This document shows positions 1 through 9,323 of a DNA stretch of 64,000 nucleotides, one piece after another (the stretch's first letter is position 1; every line of letters begins with the position of its first letter). Origin of the DNA: Candidatus Daviesbacteria bacterium (GTDB taxonomy: Bacteria > Patescibacteriota > Microgenomatia > Daviesbacterales > UBA10151); NCBI GenBank assembly GCA_027451625.1, contig DAIDIY010000048.1, positions 26,917-90,916 on the forward strand, given 5' to 3'. The notes beneath the pieces were generated by a model. The model saw only the letters and a list, made by a program, of their open reading frames with translations, made no database searches and was not told the origin of the DNA. The position numbers and the translations under genes are program-made.

Positions 1-55
1 TTTTAGATTAAAACTTAAATTTTCAATTATAGTAGAATTAAAGGAGAGATTTTTT

Positions 56-805
56 ATGTATATTAATATTTTGGATCAAAACATATACTACCAAAAAACA
101 GGTCATGGCCATGATTTGATCCTACTTCATGGATGGCAACAAGATTTGTCTTCTTTTTGGCCTTTACTTGACAATCTAAGTCAGAACTTCACCGTTTGGC
201 TGATTGATTTACCCGGTTTTGGTAGGTCGGATTATCCCCGTAAGCCATTTAAAGTTTCTGACTATGCCCAAATTGTCGAATCATTCATAAAGATAAATAA
301 AATTAATAAGCCTCACCTTCTTGGACATTCTCTAGGAGGAGGAATCTCTATTAAACTAGCCGCATTTAATCCTCAATTAATAGAAAAATTAATTTTAGAA
401 GACAGTGCAGGACTAAAAAATATTTCTAACTACAAAAAGAAGATGCTCATGCTCTTTACAAAACTCTTTAAAATTTTAATTCCAAACTTGTTTAACTTAC
501 ATGAAAGAATCCGCCATCTTGGGTACAAATCTCTAAACTCAGATTATGAACATGTTGGTAAATTAAAAGAAACATTTATTCGGCTAACCTCAGAAGATGC
601 TACCTCTTATCTTCCTAAAGTAATAAACGAAACACTCATTATTTGGGGAGAGTCAGATACAACTCTTCCTTTAAATTTAGGTAAAAAAATGTATAGACTG
701 ATTCCTAATTCTAGAATTGAAACAATAGATAGGGCAGGACACTTTCCACACTTGGATAATCAAGAAATGTTTCTGTATTTCCTAAACGATTTTCTTAAAT
801 CCTAA
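56..805 (+). CDS. Alpha/beta fold hydrolase
   Basis: LLHGW oxyanion motif, DLPGFGRS, GHSLGG nucleophile elbow, GHFPH catalytic His. Confidence 0.9.
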   Translation: MYINILDQNIYYQKTGHGHDLILLHGWQQDLSSFWPLLDNLSQNFTVWLIDLPGFGRSDYPRKPFKVSDYAQIVESFIKINKINKPHLLGHSLGGGISIKLAAFNPQLIEKLILEDSAGLKNISNYKKKMLMLFTKLFKILIPNLFNLHERIRHLGYKSLNSDYEHVGKLKETFIRLTSEDATSYLPKVINETLIIWGESDTTLPLNLGKKMYRLIPNSRIETIDRAGHFPHLDNQEMFLYFLNDFLKS

Positions 806-818
806 AAATCTAAATTAT

Positions 819-2291
819 ATGAATTTATTAATCAAAATCTTTCCTCTACCAGACCATCTTTACATATTCCAAACGTTCGAATATGCGCCTTCGGATTTCT
901 CAAAATGGTTTTTAAGGCATTTTTTTAAACGTAATCTACAGCGGAAGCATTCCTTAAATTTAACGACTAAAGCTCTATTCCTTTTAGTAATCTCATTTAC
1001 ACTTATTTCTTTTACTTCTGTATTATCTTCCCTTTTAGTTATTAACCTATATCGAAACCTCTATCTTAATAATCTGCTCCTCTTTTTAATTTTCTTTTTT
1101 TTCTATGGACTTATATCTCCTTTATTTTTGATAACTGCATCTTTTTTAATTACTCCAATTGAGAATAATCAAAAACATCAACTAATAAAAAGGGCTCGCC
1201 AAAAACTTTATTCTCTCCCAGATTTAAAAATTGTTGCGATTGTCGGTTCTTATGGGAAAACTTCAACCAAGAATATGCTTTATACTTTACTTTGGAAAAA
1301 ATTTCGCGTAGTCAAAACCCCAAAAAGTTACAACACACCAATCTCTATCGCAAGATCAATATTAGAAGACATTAAAGACAACACCGAGATATTTTTAGTT
1401 GAGATGGATGCTTACCACCAGGGTGAGATAGATCAGTTATGTAATTTTGTTAAGCCGCACTTCGGAATAGTCACTGCAATAGCTCCTCAACATTTAGAAA
1501 GATTCGGAGATATGAAGACTTTAGCCAAAACTCAGTTTGAGTTAGTTGAATACTTATCCAAAAATGGAACAGTCTTTATAAATACAGCAGACAGCTGGAG
1601 TATGAAGCTTTTAACTCAGGATGCGACTTACCAAATAAAAAATGGTACTGGAGAAATTATTGAATTCGGAGAACGTCCAGATGATGATTTTTATGCAGAT
1701 CATATTATCCAGACACAACAAGGTTTAAAGTTTAATCTGCATATAAAATCTCCAAATAACCAACAGGCAATCACCATACCTCTATTCGGTCAACACCATA
1801 TAATAAACTTTGTATCAGCTGCAGCAATAGCTACCAAGCTAGGGATGAACCTTGCCGAGATAGCAAAAAGAGCTTCCAAAATTTTACCTACACCTCATCG
1901 TTTAGAGATAAAAAAACAATCAAACATAACTATTATAGATAATACTTATAATACTAACCCTGCCGCAGCTCAAACCTCACTTACTGTCTTATCTGCTTAT
2001 CCAGGAAATCAAAAAATCCTTATTACTCCAGGGCTTGTTGAGCTTGGGAAACAGAGTTCAACCCAAAATCAAATATTTGCCAAATCTGCAGCTAAGGTTG
2101 CTGATCTTTTTATTATAGTCGGAGAAAATTCTAAAAAAGATCTCCTCAAAGGCCTTAATGAAGCAAAATATCCAAAAAATAAAATCATATCTGCTAAAAC
2201 AATTGCTGAGGCTTTAGAAATACTACAAACTTACGCTAAACCTTTATCTGTGGTTTTACTTGAAAATGATCTTCCTGATCAATATTTCTAA
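819..2291 (+). CDS. murF: Mur ligase (MurF-like) with N-terminal membrane segments
   Basis: GSYGKTSTK P-loop, SYNT, QHLERF, IIDNTYNTNP, PGLVELG; converges on ddl. Confidence 0.8.
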   Translation: MNLLIKIFPLPDHLYIFQTFEYAPSDFSKWFLRHFFKRNLQRKHSLNLTTKALFLLVISFTLISFTSVLSSLLVINLYRNLYLNNLLLFLIFFFFYGLISPLFLITASFLITPIENNQKHQLIKRARQKLYSLPDLKIVAIVGSYGKTSTKNMLYTLLWKKFRVVKTPKSYNTPISIARSILEDIKDNTEIFLVEMDAYHQGEIDQLCNFVKPHFGIVTAIAPQHLERFGDMKTLAKTQFELVEYLSKNGTVFINTADSWSMKLLTQDATYQIKNGTGEIIEFGERPDDDFYADHIIQTQQGLKFNLHIKSPNNQQAITIPLFGQHHIINFVSAAAIATKLGMNLAEIAKRASKILPTPHRLEIKKQSNITIIDNTYNTNPAAAQTSLTVLSAYPGNQKILITPGLVELGKQSSTQNQIFAKSAAKVADLFIIVGENSKKDLLKGLNEAKYPKNKIISAKTIAEALEILQTYAKPLSVVLLENDLPDQYF

Positions 2292-2294
2292 TAC

Positions 2295-3470
2295 TTATCT
2301 TTTTAATCCAGAATTTGCCATTTGCGATAATAACCCTGAATTAAAAGTATATTGAGTCTTCTTTTGATCTTCCCATCGTTCTAGAGCATACTGTATGATC
2401 TTATCTAATAATTCATTATATTTTATGCCCGCAGGTTCCCATAAATAAAAAGAGAGAGAACCTGGAGGAGAATTTATTTCATTAACATAAACTTTCTCTC
2501 GCTTAAGATCTACAAAATAATCTATTCTTGCTACTCCACAACCACCTAAAGATTTAAAGATATGAATTGTTATATCCTGAATTTTATCTGTCAATTTAGA
2601 AGTAATTGGTGCAGGAATCACTCTAGAAAGAGACGCCATCCCTGCTCCCTTACTCCCCTTTCCTCCTTTTTTATACTTATCCTCAAAAGACAAGATCTCT
2701 CCGGATGCTATTGGCATTTCACAGACAGATGCCTCAACATCTTTGTATCCCAATGCAGAACAATTAACCTCTTTAACACCCTCAAAAGCTTCCTCAATCA
2801 AAATTTTATCCGAATAAATTGCAGCAACTTCAATATTAAAGCTCAGTTCTTCTTCATTATTGGCTTTCCCAGCACCAATACTTGATCCTCCATTACCAGG
2901 CTTTACAAATAAAGGGAATTTTAGCCTATTATCTTTCTGTAAAATTATATTTAAACATTCCTTCGGATCCTTAATCCAGTCAGATCTTTTAATGTAACAA
3001 AATTTTGCGAAGTCTAGTCCTAAAGAACTAAAGAAAAACTTAGAGATCACTTTATCCATTGCCACAGCAGAGGCTAAAACATTAAATCCAGTGTAAGGAA
3101 TCTGGTAGACCTCAAAAAGTCCCTGGATAGAACCATCTTCTCCAAAAGACCCATGAAAAAGAGGAAAAGCCAGATCAAAAGGAATAAATTTATTAAACCA
3201 AGATGAAATTGTTACAAGAGTCGGTTTACCTTTATATCGTATGGGTATAACCTCTACCGAAGAGATAAGTAAATTATCAATATCTTTATAGTTCTTTAAA
3301 TCTAAGAATTTAGGATTGGTATAAAACCTGCTTTCTTTGCTAACATAAACTGGAATAATGTTATATTTCAGCTTATCTAAATGCTTAAAAGCTTGTAAAG
3401 CAGTAATTACTGAGACTTCATGTTCAGTAGATCTACCTCCAAAGAATAGACCCAAAGTCAACTTTCCCAT
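2295..3470 (-). CDS. ddl: D-alanine--D-alanine ligase
   Basis: FGGRSTEHEVS, HGSFGEDGSIQG, VKPGNGGSSIG, ARIDYF, NEINSPPG. Confidence 0.92.
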   Translation of the reverse strand: MGKLTLGLFFGGRSTEHEVSVITALQAFKHLDKLKYNIIPVYVSKESRFYTNPKFLDLKNYKDIDNLLISSVEVIPIRYKGKPTLVTISSWFNKFIPFDLAFPLFHGSFGEDGSIQGLFEVYQIPYTGFNVLASAVAMDKVISKFFFSSLGLDFAKFCYIKRSDWIKDPKECLNIILQKDNRLKFPLFVKPGNGGSSIGAGKANNEEELSFNIEVAAIYSDKILIEEAFEGVKEVNCSALGYKDVEASVCEMPIASGEILSFEDKYKKGGKGSKGAGMASLSRVIPAPITSKLTDKIQDITIHIFKSLGGCGVARIDYFVDLKREKVYVNEINSPPGSLSFYLWEPAGIKYNELLDKIIQYALERWEDQKKTQYTFNSGLLSQMANSGLKR

Positions 3471-3548
3471 CAATTTCCTATTTTAATACATAACTCATTC
3501 AAATATTAGTCATTATTTACATTGAAAAATTAAATACAATATTCCTAA

Positions 3549-4529
3549 CTAATTTAAAGCTTCAATCGTTAGTAAAGTGCCTTTTGAAAGGAACTCCAGC
3601 ATTGCTCCTCCTCCGGAAGAAACAAAATCAAACTTATCGAGGAATTGAGACAAGGATGAGATTGTGTCCCCTCCTCCTATAATAGACTTAATACTCGAAC
3701 CTGTTATTGTCTGGGCAAGCTGCAAATCAGAATAATTACCTCTTGGATCTTCATATTTTCCCATTGGTCCACCCCAAATGACTTCTTTAGAAGTCTTAAG
3801 AATAGACATAAACTCATTCATTGATTCGGCTGCTAAATCAATACCAGAGTCGTTTACTTTTCCTAGTCGAACATTACTTGGTACTTCTAAACTCTGTTCT
3901 TTAATCTTTTGTGGCAACAATCCTCCAACTAAGACATAATCAGAGAATTTACTTAAAGCTATTACTGCATCGTATTTGTCTTCAACCTTTACACCTCCAA
4001 CTAAGGAAACTAGAGGACGCTGAGGATTTCCCCTGACATTTTCTAGTGTATGGACCTCTTTAGCAAAACGAAGGCCTGCAGCGTGAGGCAATAGAGTTGG
4101 TAAAACAGTTGTGGAGGCAGCTTTATGATGTGAGGCAAAAGCCTCATTCACAAAACAATCTCCGAATTCTGCTAATTGTTTTGCATATTCTAAATCAGCT
4201 TCATCTTCACCTTTTTCAAAACGCAAGTTCTCTAATAGCTTCAACCTGCCATTATTTAAATCTCTTGCAAAACCGTACTCCATAAACCAGTCATAAATAG
4301 GTTCGATCGAAAGATCCTTAACCTCTATCCCTTTAGGTCTTCCGATATGGCCAATGACTGTTACTTCTTTTCCAAATTCAAGGCAAAGATGCAGGGTAGG
4401 TATTCCTACTTCAAGGCGGAAGCTCTCTGAAACCACCCATTTTTCTCCATCAAAATGTAATGGAACATCCAAATCCATCCTCACAAGAACTCGCTTGTCT
4501 TTTACAAATTCAGCTGAAACTATCTGCAT
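3549..4529 (-). CDS. pgk: Phosphoglycerate kinase (short form)
   Basis: VLVRMDLDVP, HIGRP, LLENLRF, GGGDT, SGGGAMLEFL. Confidence 0.88.
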   Translation of the reverse strand: MQIVSAEFVKDKRVLVRMDLDVPLHFDGEKWVVSESFRLEVGIPTLHLCLEFGKEVTVIGHIGRPKGIEVKDLSIEPIYDWFMEYGFARDLNNGRLKLLENLRFEKGEDEADLEYAKQLAEFGDCFVNEAFASHHKAASTTVLPTLLPHAAGLRFAKEVHTLENVRGNPQRPLVSLVGGVKVEDKYDAVIALSKFSDYVLVGGLLPQKIKEQSLEVPSNVRLGKVNDSGIDLAAESMNEFMSILKTSKEVIWGGPMGKYEDPRGNYSDLQLAQTITGSSIKSIIGGGDTISSLSQFLDKFDFVSSGGGAMLEFLSKGTLLTIEALN

Positions 4530-4601
4530 AAATTTATAGTAACAATATGCAGCGAATGAGGCAAGGTTCCAACTTTGCCCCTAATAGGCTAAAATACTTC
4601 G

Positions 4602-5384
4602 ATGGCAGAACAACATACTCAATCAATAAGATTAGTAAGCTATAATACAAGGCACGGTCTAGGATTAGATGATTGGGATAAACTACCTAAATCTCATATT
4701 GTTGGTTTTCAAGAAGTTCCAGAGTCAAAAATTAGCAAGTTGAATGACCAAATGAGGTCAAACGGCTATCTTTTAGCGGGGTTTGCTCCTGCGTGGACCA
4801 ACAAAGATGGGTCATCTGAAGGCGAAGTAACTTATTACCATAAAGAATCTGGGCTGAAAAAAATACAATCAAAAGTTATTCCTATCGGAAGATCTATAAT
4901 TGAATCTTGGATATTTGGGATGGATGGTTGTCGAAGTGCATTATACACAAGCTTTTACCATAGTGATTTAAATATTCCATTTAGCTTCATTAATGCACAT
5001 TTAGTGCTACTCGGATCTTTAGTATTTTTTTGGTCTATCAATAAAAGAATCTTACAGATTAAAAAGATCATATCTGAAACAAACAGCACTTCCCTTCCTA
5101 CAGTTATATTTGGAGATTTTAATACAAGCACCCTACTTCCAGAGTCAAAAAAGTTAGATGATTTCCTGTCTAGAAATGGTTTTAATAGACAGAATATTAA
5201 TCTGGCAACTCATCAATATTATATCCAAGCAGGCCCTTTTAGATTTAATATATTTAAGCATCAACTGGATTACATTTTTGCAAAGAATTGTTCAATACAA
5301 GACAGTCAGTCTTTAGAATCGCTAAACAAGTCAGACCATTATCCTATTATGGCCAAAATAATTATTCCCAGTACTTCCAAGTAG
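4602..5384 (+). CDS. Endonuclease/exonuclease/phosphatase family protein
   Basis: SYN, FQEV, NAHL, GDFN, LDYIF, SDHYP motifs. Confidence 0.88.
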   Translation: MAEQHTQSIRLVSYNTRHGLGLDDWDKLPKSHIVGFQEVPESKISKLNDQMRSNGYLLAGFAPAWTNKDGSSEGEVTYYHKESGLKKIQSKVIPIGRSIIESWIFGMDGCRSALYTSFYHSDLNIPFSFINAHLVLLGSLVFFWSINKRILQIKKIISETNSTSLPTVIFGDFNTSTLLPESKKLDDFLSRNGFNRQNINLATHQYYIQAGPFRFNIFKHQLDYIFAKNCSIQDSQSLESLNKSDHYPIMAKIIIPSTSK

Positions 5385-6474
5385 CATACTTAGCTTCCAA
5401 TTGAGACTCAGTTATATTAGCAGGCGGTATGCCAAATTTTTGAAATCCTAAGTCCAGTAGTTCAGATGCCCACATATCTCGCTGCAACACTCCAGGAGCA
5501 CCGAGAGCTACTACAAGAATTCTTTTTCCACCTCTCTCTGCTGCGACAATTGATGTAAATCCAGCTTGATCAGTATTGCCAATTTTGACCCCATAAGCTC
5601 CAGGATAGACTCCCAATAGCCCATTCCAATTATATAAATCAAACTGCTTATGATTTAAATCTGCGGATAAAAACTGATAATCGCTCTTCACGTCAGTTGC
5701 GATTGTCGGATAATTTGTAATCGCATAATGCGCTAGAACAGCCAGATCAGCAGCAGAACTATAATTATTTATTGAATCTAGTCCTTCTGGGTTAGCAAAA
5801 CGAGTATCTTTTAACCCCATAACTACTGCTTTCTCGTTCATTAAAGATATAAAGATATTCCGATTATATAGATTATTAATACCCACTTTGATTGCTTCAG
5901 CAGCGTCGTTAGCTGAAGTAAGCAAGGCTCCTTTTAAAAGTTCATCTAAACTCATTCTCTGCCCTTCGACTACTCCAATTTTAGTTGGAATCATTTGTGC
6001 TGCTTGATTTGTAATAGTAAATTCCTGATCTGGAGAGGTAACATCAAGCGATACTACTGCGGTCATAAGCTTAGTGAGTGAAGCAATTGGTAATTGCTGA
6101 TGAATATTTTTTTCAGCTAGAATTTGCCCCGTACCATCGTCAATAACTATATATGATTTTAAAAATTCAAAATCTCCTGCTGCCTGTGCTTGAGGAATTA
6201 TAGATTCGCCTGTAGATCTGAACAAACTAAAATTATTCTGTTTTTGTTGTAATCTTGGCAACAATTGTTGAATGACAGACTTCTCTGACAAACTGGGAGA
6301 TGTCAAACTTTCGCTTTGAACTCTTAACGTATTCAAAGATAGCCTTTGTAAAAATAATGGTGCTTTTATACCTAATCCGAGGAGTATTGTCAAAATTAGT
6401 TGCAAACCAAATGATAAAAAAAATAATCTCCAACGTTTCTCTAAATAATCAAAAAAAAGATCAATATATTTCAT
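5362..6474 (-). CDS. D-alanyl-D-alanine carboxypeptidase (peptidase S11)
   Basis: IASLTK (SxxK), SANDAA (SxN), NPEGLD, KIG in place of KTG; N-terminal TM. Confidence 0.88.
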   Translation of the reverse strand: MKYIDLFFDYLEKRWRLFFLSFGLQLILTILLGLGIKAPLFLQRLSLNTLRVQSESLTSPSLSEKSVIQQLLPRLQQKQNNFSLFRSTGESIIPQAQAAGDFEFLKSYIVIDDGTGQILAEKNIHQQLPIASLTKLMTAVVSLDVTSPDQEFTITNQAAQMIPTKIGVVEGQRMSLDELLKGALLTSANDAAEAIKVGINNLYNRNIFISLMNEKAVVMGLKDTRFANPEGLDSINNYSSAADLAVLAHYAITNYPTIATDVKSDYQFLSADLNHKQFDLYNWNGLLGVYPGAYGVKIGNTDQAGFTSIVAAERGGKRILVVALGAPGVLQRDMWASELLDLGFQKFGIPPANITESQLEAKYATWKYWE

Positions 6475-6486
6475 ATATTTAACTGT

Positions 6487-7818
6487 TTATCCTCTAATCT
6501 CTCGATTTAATACCGCATTATCAGCAATTTTTTTACCAAACACATCCGCAAGTTCTTGCCATAGGTCATTCCTTCCTTGGTCATTACCTAAGGCCCAAAT
6601 ACCAATACCTTCTAAATTCTTTTGCTTTGCTAAATCATACTTTAATGCCAACGATTTGGGATTATCCATAAAAACCATTCTCCAAGTTCCCAAGCTATTA
6701 TCATAATACGAAGTCCATTCCACTTGACCATTCTTGTCCCAACCTTGAGTCACATTGCCAAGTTGTCCAGAGGTCAAACTATTCATAAAATCGGAGTAAG
6801 TTTCAGAAATATTTGACCCCCACCAAGAAGAAGGCCTAACTAGCGCTAAAATTCCCGGCTGATAGACCATGTAGTTATACCCGTACCATGGAACTCCTAA
6901 GATTAATTTGTCTGCAGGAATTTTAGAAAGAAAATCATTAACAGCTGTAGTTACATCATACCAATACTGTCCATCCTGTGCTCCATTAAGAGGTGCTGTA
7001 GGAATCGCGTTGGCTGAACTTGCATTCGCAAAATCATAAGCCATCATAAAGATTCCGTCTGAAACCTGAGACAGCGCAGATACGTCATAAAGTTTAGGTT
7101 CCTTAGCTGAGGCTGCATAAACTGATACAGTAACTCTGGAATCGGGGTTTAACTGATGCATCTTTTTAGTTAAATCAGAAACAAAATTAGTAAAATTATT
7201 TCGTAGGTCATTTCCAGGATCACCTTGATATTCAAAATCAATATTAACTCCATCTATACCTCTGCTCATAACCTCCGAAACAGTCTGGTTGATTGCATTT
7301 TGAAAGGCTACGGGATCATCTAGAATACTCTCAATCGTAGAGTTATCCATCTGAATAATAGTCAAGACTACTCTTGTACCATAACTATGCGCTCTAGTAA
7401 AAAGATCCGTCGCCTGACTACTTTTAAAAGTAAGATAACCTGGATCATAACGATCTAAGCTTCCATCCGCTTCTACTGGTACTCCAAAATAAGCTAATGT
7501 AGTTAGTGTATTAAAATCAACATTATCTAATTTATCAATATTCCAGTATGGCATAAAACCGAAAACCTCTTTTTGAGTTAAATCTTCTTGTAATGGATGT
7601 AAAGCAGTTGAACTAGAGATAGCTGAGCTACTTATAGTATTCGATACTCCTAAATTAAAAGAAAAAATTACCGGCAAAATAGAGACTAAGATACTCGCAT
7701 TATTAACACGAAAAATTGATGAGATATCTATTAATCTTAATCTGAATTTAAAAATTAATATTTCTTCCGAAATATAGGATTTAATCTTACTTGGCAGTTG
7801 TGTTAGGTAATTCCCCAT
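6487..7818 (-). CDS. Glycoside hydrolase family 18 protein
   Basis: GIDGVNIDFE catalytic motif, MMAYD, KLILGVPWYG, GIGIWALG; start codon uncertain. Confidence 0.88.
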   Translation of the reverse strand: MGNYLTQLPSKIKSYISEEILIFKFRLRLIDISSIFRVNNASILVSILPVIFSFNLGVSNTISSSAISSSTALHPLQEDLTQKEVFGFMPYWNIDKLDNVDFNTLTTLAYFGVPVEADGSLDRYDPGYLTFKSSQATDLFTRAHSYGTRVVLTIIQMDNSTIESILDDPVAFQNAINQTVSEVMSRGIDGVNIDFEYQGDPGNDLRNNFTNFVSDLTKKMHQLNPDSRVTVSVYAASAKEPKLYDVSALSQVSDGIFMMAYDFANASSANAIPTAPLNGAQDGQYWYDVTTAVNDFLSKIPADKLILGVPWYGYNYMVYQPGILALVRPSSWWGSNISETYSDFMNSLTSGQLGNVTQGWDKNGQVEWTSYYDNSLGTWRMVFMDNPKSLALKYDLAKQKNLEGIGIWALGNDQGRNDLWQELADVFGKKIADNAVLNREIRG

Positions 7819-7820
7819 CT

Positions 7821-7954
7821 TTTGAATTCTGAGCCAAAATTTCCCTAAAGTATTAAACGGGTGGGATTACGACAAGATAGTCTCAGATCAAGATCGCTGC
7901 GCAAGTCTACCAAGAGCAATCTGTCTTGTCAAACCCAAAAGTATTGAGTTCAAG
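7821..7954 (+). ncRNA. Candidate structured RNA (6S-like rod with central bubble)
   Basis: TTGAATTC(7822-29)/GAGTTCAA(7946-53) outer stem and GACAAGATAG(7871-80)/CTGTCTTGTC(7921-30) inner stem, each with a G-U pair only on the + strand. Confidence 0.4.
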
Positions 7955-8073
7955 CCTAAAAAAGTATGAAAATAGTAAGAACGTCCTTTTATGCTGCTAT
8001 TTCAACCCAGCAAGGAATTTTATTATATAAAGTCTTTTATCTTTTTTTGCGATTCATATTATATTATATCTAT

Positions 8074-8970
8074 ATGATTATTCTAACCCCTTCCACTTGG
8101 ACAGACTACGATCTTTTAGATTCTGGAGATTATAAAAAACTAGAAAGATTTGGTCCTTATACAGTAGTTCGTCCTGATCCTCAAGTTATGTGGAAAAAAA
8201 ATTTATCAGAATCTTTATGGAAAAATGCTGATGCTATTTTTGAGAGAATATCTGAAGATAAAGGTATATGGAGATTTCATAAAAAAACACCTCAAAGATG
8301 GACGATCAAATATGACAATCTTACACTTTTGGTCAAGCTCTCTCCTTTTAAGCATACAGGAGTATTTCCTGAACAGGAACCTCACTGGAGGTTTATTCAA
8401 AATATACTAGCTAAGAATCATAATCAGTTAAATTCGGGTGTTTCAACAGCAAGAAAACCTTCTATATTAAATTTGTTTGGTTATACAGGGATATCCACCC
8501 TTATTACAGTCAAATCCGGAGCCAAAGTTACACATGTCGATGCATCATATCCTGCCATAGGTTGGGCAAAAGAGAATCAGAAACTATCCGGTCTGGAAAA
8601 TGAACCAATCAGATGGATAGAAGATGATGTTATCAAATTCTGTCAAAGAGAAGTAAGAAGAGGTAATAAATATGACGGTATTATCATGGACCCCCCAGCT
8701 TTTGGACATGGCCCAAAAGGTGAAGTATGGAAATTTAACACCTCTCTACCTACGCTTCTTTCAATCTGTTCTCAATTAATATCTGATAAACCACTTTTTA
8801 TAATAATAAACGCTTATGCAGTATCAATTTCGGCACTTTCCTTAAAAAACCTTCTTCAAGAGTATTTCAAAGGCTTAAATGGTTATATTGATTTTGGAGA
8901 ACTCGCATTACAAGAAAGGTCAACAAAAAGACTCCTCTCTACTGGTATTTTCGTCAAATGGAGTAAATAA
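8074..8970 (+). CDS. Class I SAM-dependent methyltransferase (RlmI/RlmK-like)
   Basis: DYDLLDSGDYKKLERFG, KHTGVFPEQ, LNLFGYTG, MDPPAFG; start moved to ATG 8074. Confidence 0.85.
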   Translation: MIILTPSTWTDYDLLDSGDYKKLERFGPYTVVRPDPQVMWKKNLSESLWKNADAIFERISEDKGIWRFHKKTPQRWTIKYDNLTLLVKLSPFKHTGVFPEQEPHWRFIQNILAKNHNQLNSGVSTARKPSILNLFGYTGISTLITVKSGAKVTHVDASYPAIGWAKENQKLSGLENEPIRWIEDDVIKFCQREVRRGNKYDGIIMDPPAFGHGPKGEVWKFNTSLPTLLSICSQLISDKPLFIIINAYAVSISALSLKNLLQEYFKGLNGYIDFGELALQERSTKRLLSTGIFVKWSK

Positions 8971-9004
8971 ATATCCTCTATAGAAAAAAATAGCAAACCT
9001 TGAG

Positions 9005-9076
9005 TGGGCAGTGATGGAGTTGGACCATCCACTTCGTCATTATCAGTGACGCGTTCTACCGATGAACTAACTGCCC
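9005..9076 (-). tRNA. tRNA-Ile(GAT)
   Basis: Cloverleaf GGGCAGT...; anticodon arm CGTCA-CTGATAA-TGACG; T-loop TCCAACT; CCA not encoded. Confidence 0.9.
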
Positions 9077-9082
9077 TTAAAG

Positions 9083-9244
9083 TTATATTTTATATCGATT
9101 CTCCAGATTTCTTACTCCCCTTTCAATTAACAACACCCCTGCCAAAGTTCCTATGGGAAAAATACCCATTGCAATGTATCCTAAATAAATCTCTCCTGAT
9201 GCAATTGAGATATCTTTGATAAAATTCCCTATCTGTTCTTTCAT
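9083..9244 (-). CDS. Putative small membrane protein (53 aa)
   Basis: Open frame MKEQIGNFIKDISIASGEIYLGYIAMGIFPIGTLAGVLLIERG...; fills an intergenic gap; below the ORF-track cutoff. Confidence 0.35.
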   Translation of the reverse strand: MKEQIGNFIKDISIASGEIYLGYIAMGIFPIGTLAGVLLIERGVRNLENRYKI

Positions 9245-9323
9245 GCAATTAATAAGTTTCAATATTTTATCAAATATTCATGATTTTGTCTTCCTAGAAA
9301 TCAAATCATATAGATCAATAAAA

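Noticed and set aside
9004-9219. ORFs overlapping tRNA genes (also 15187-15393, 31983-32255, 32141-32536, 32450-32716)
   Set aside because: They translate tRNA sequence; spurious
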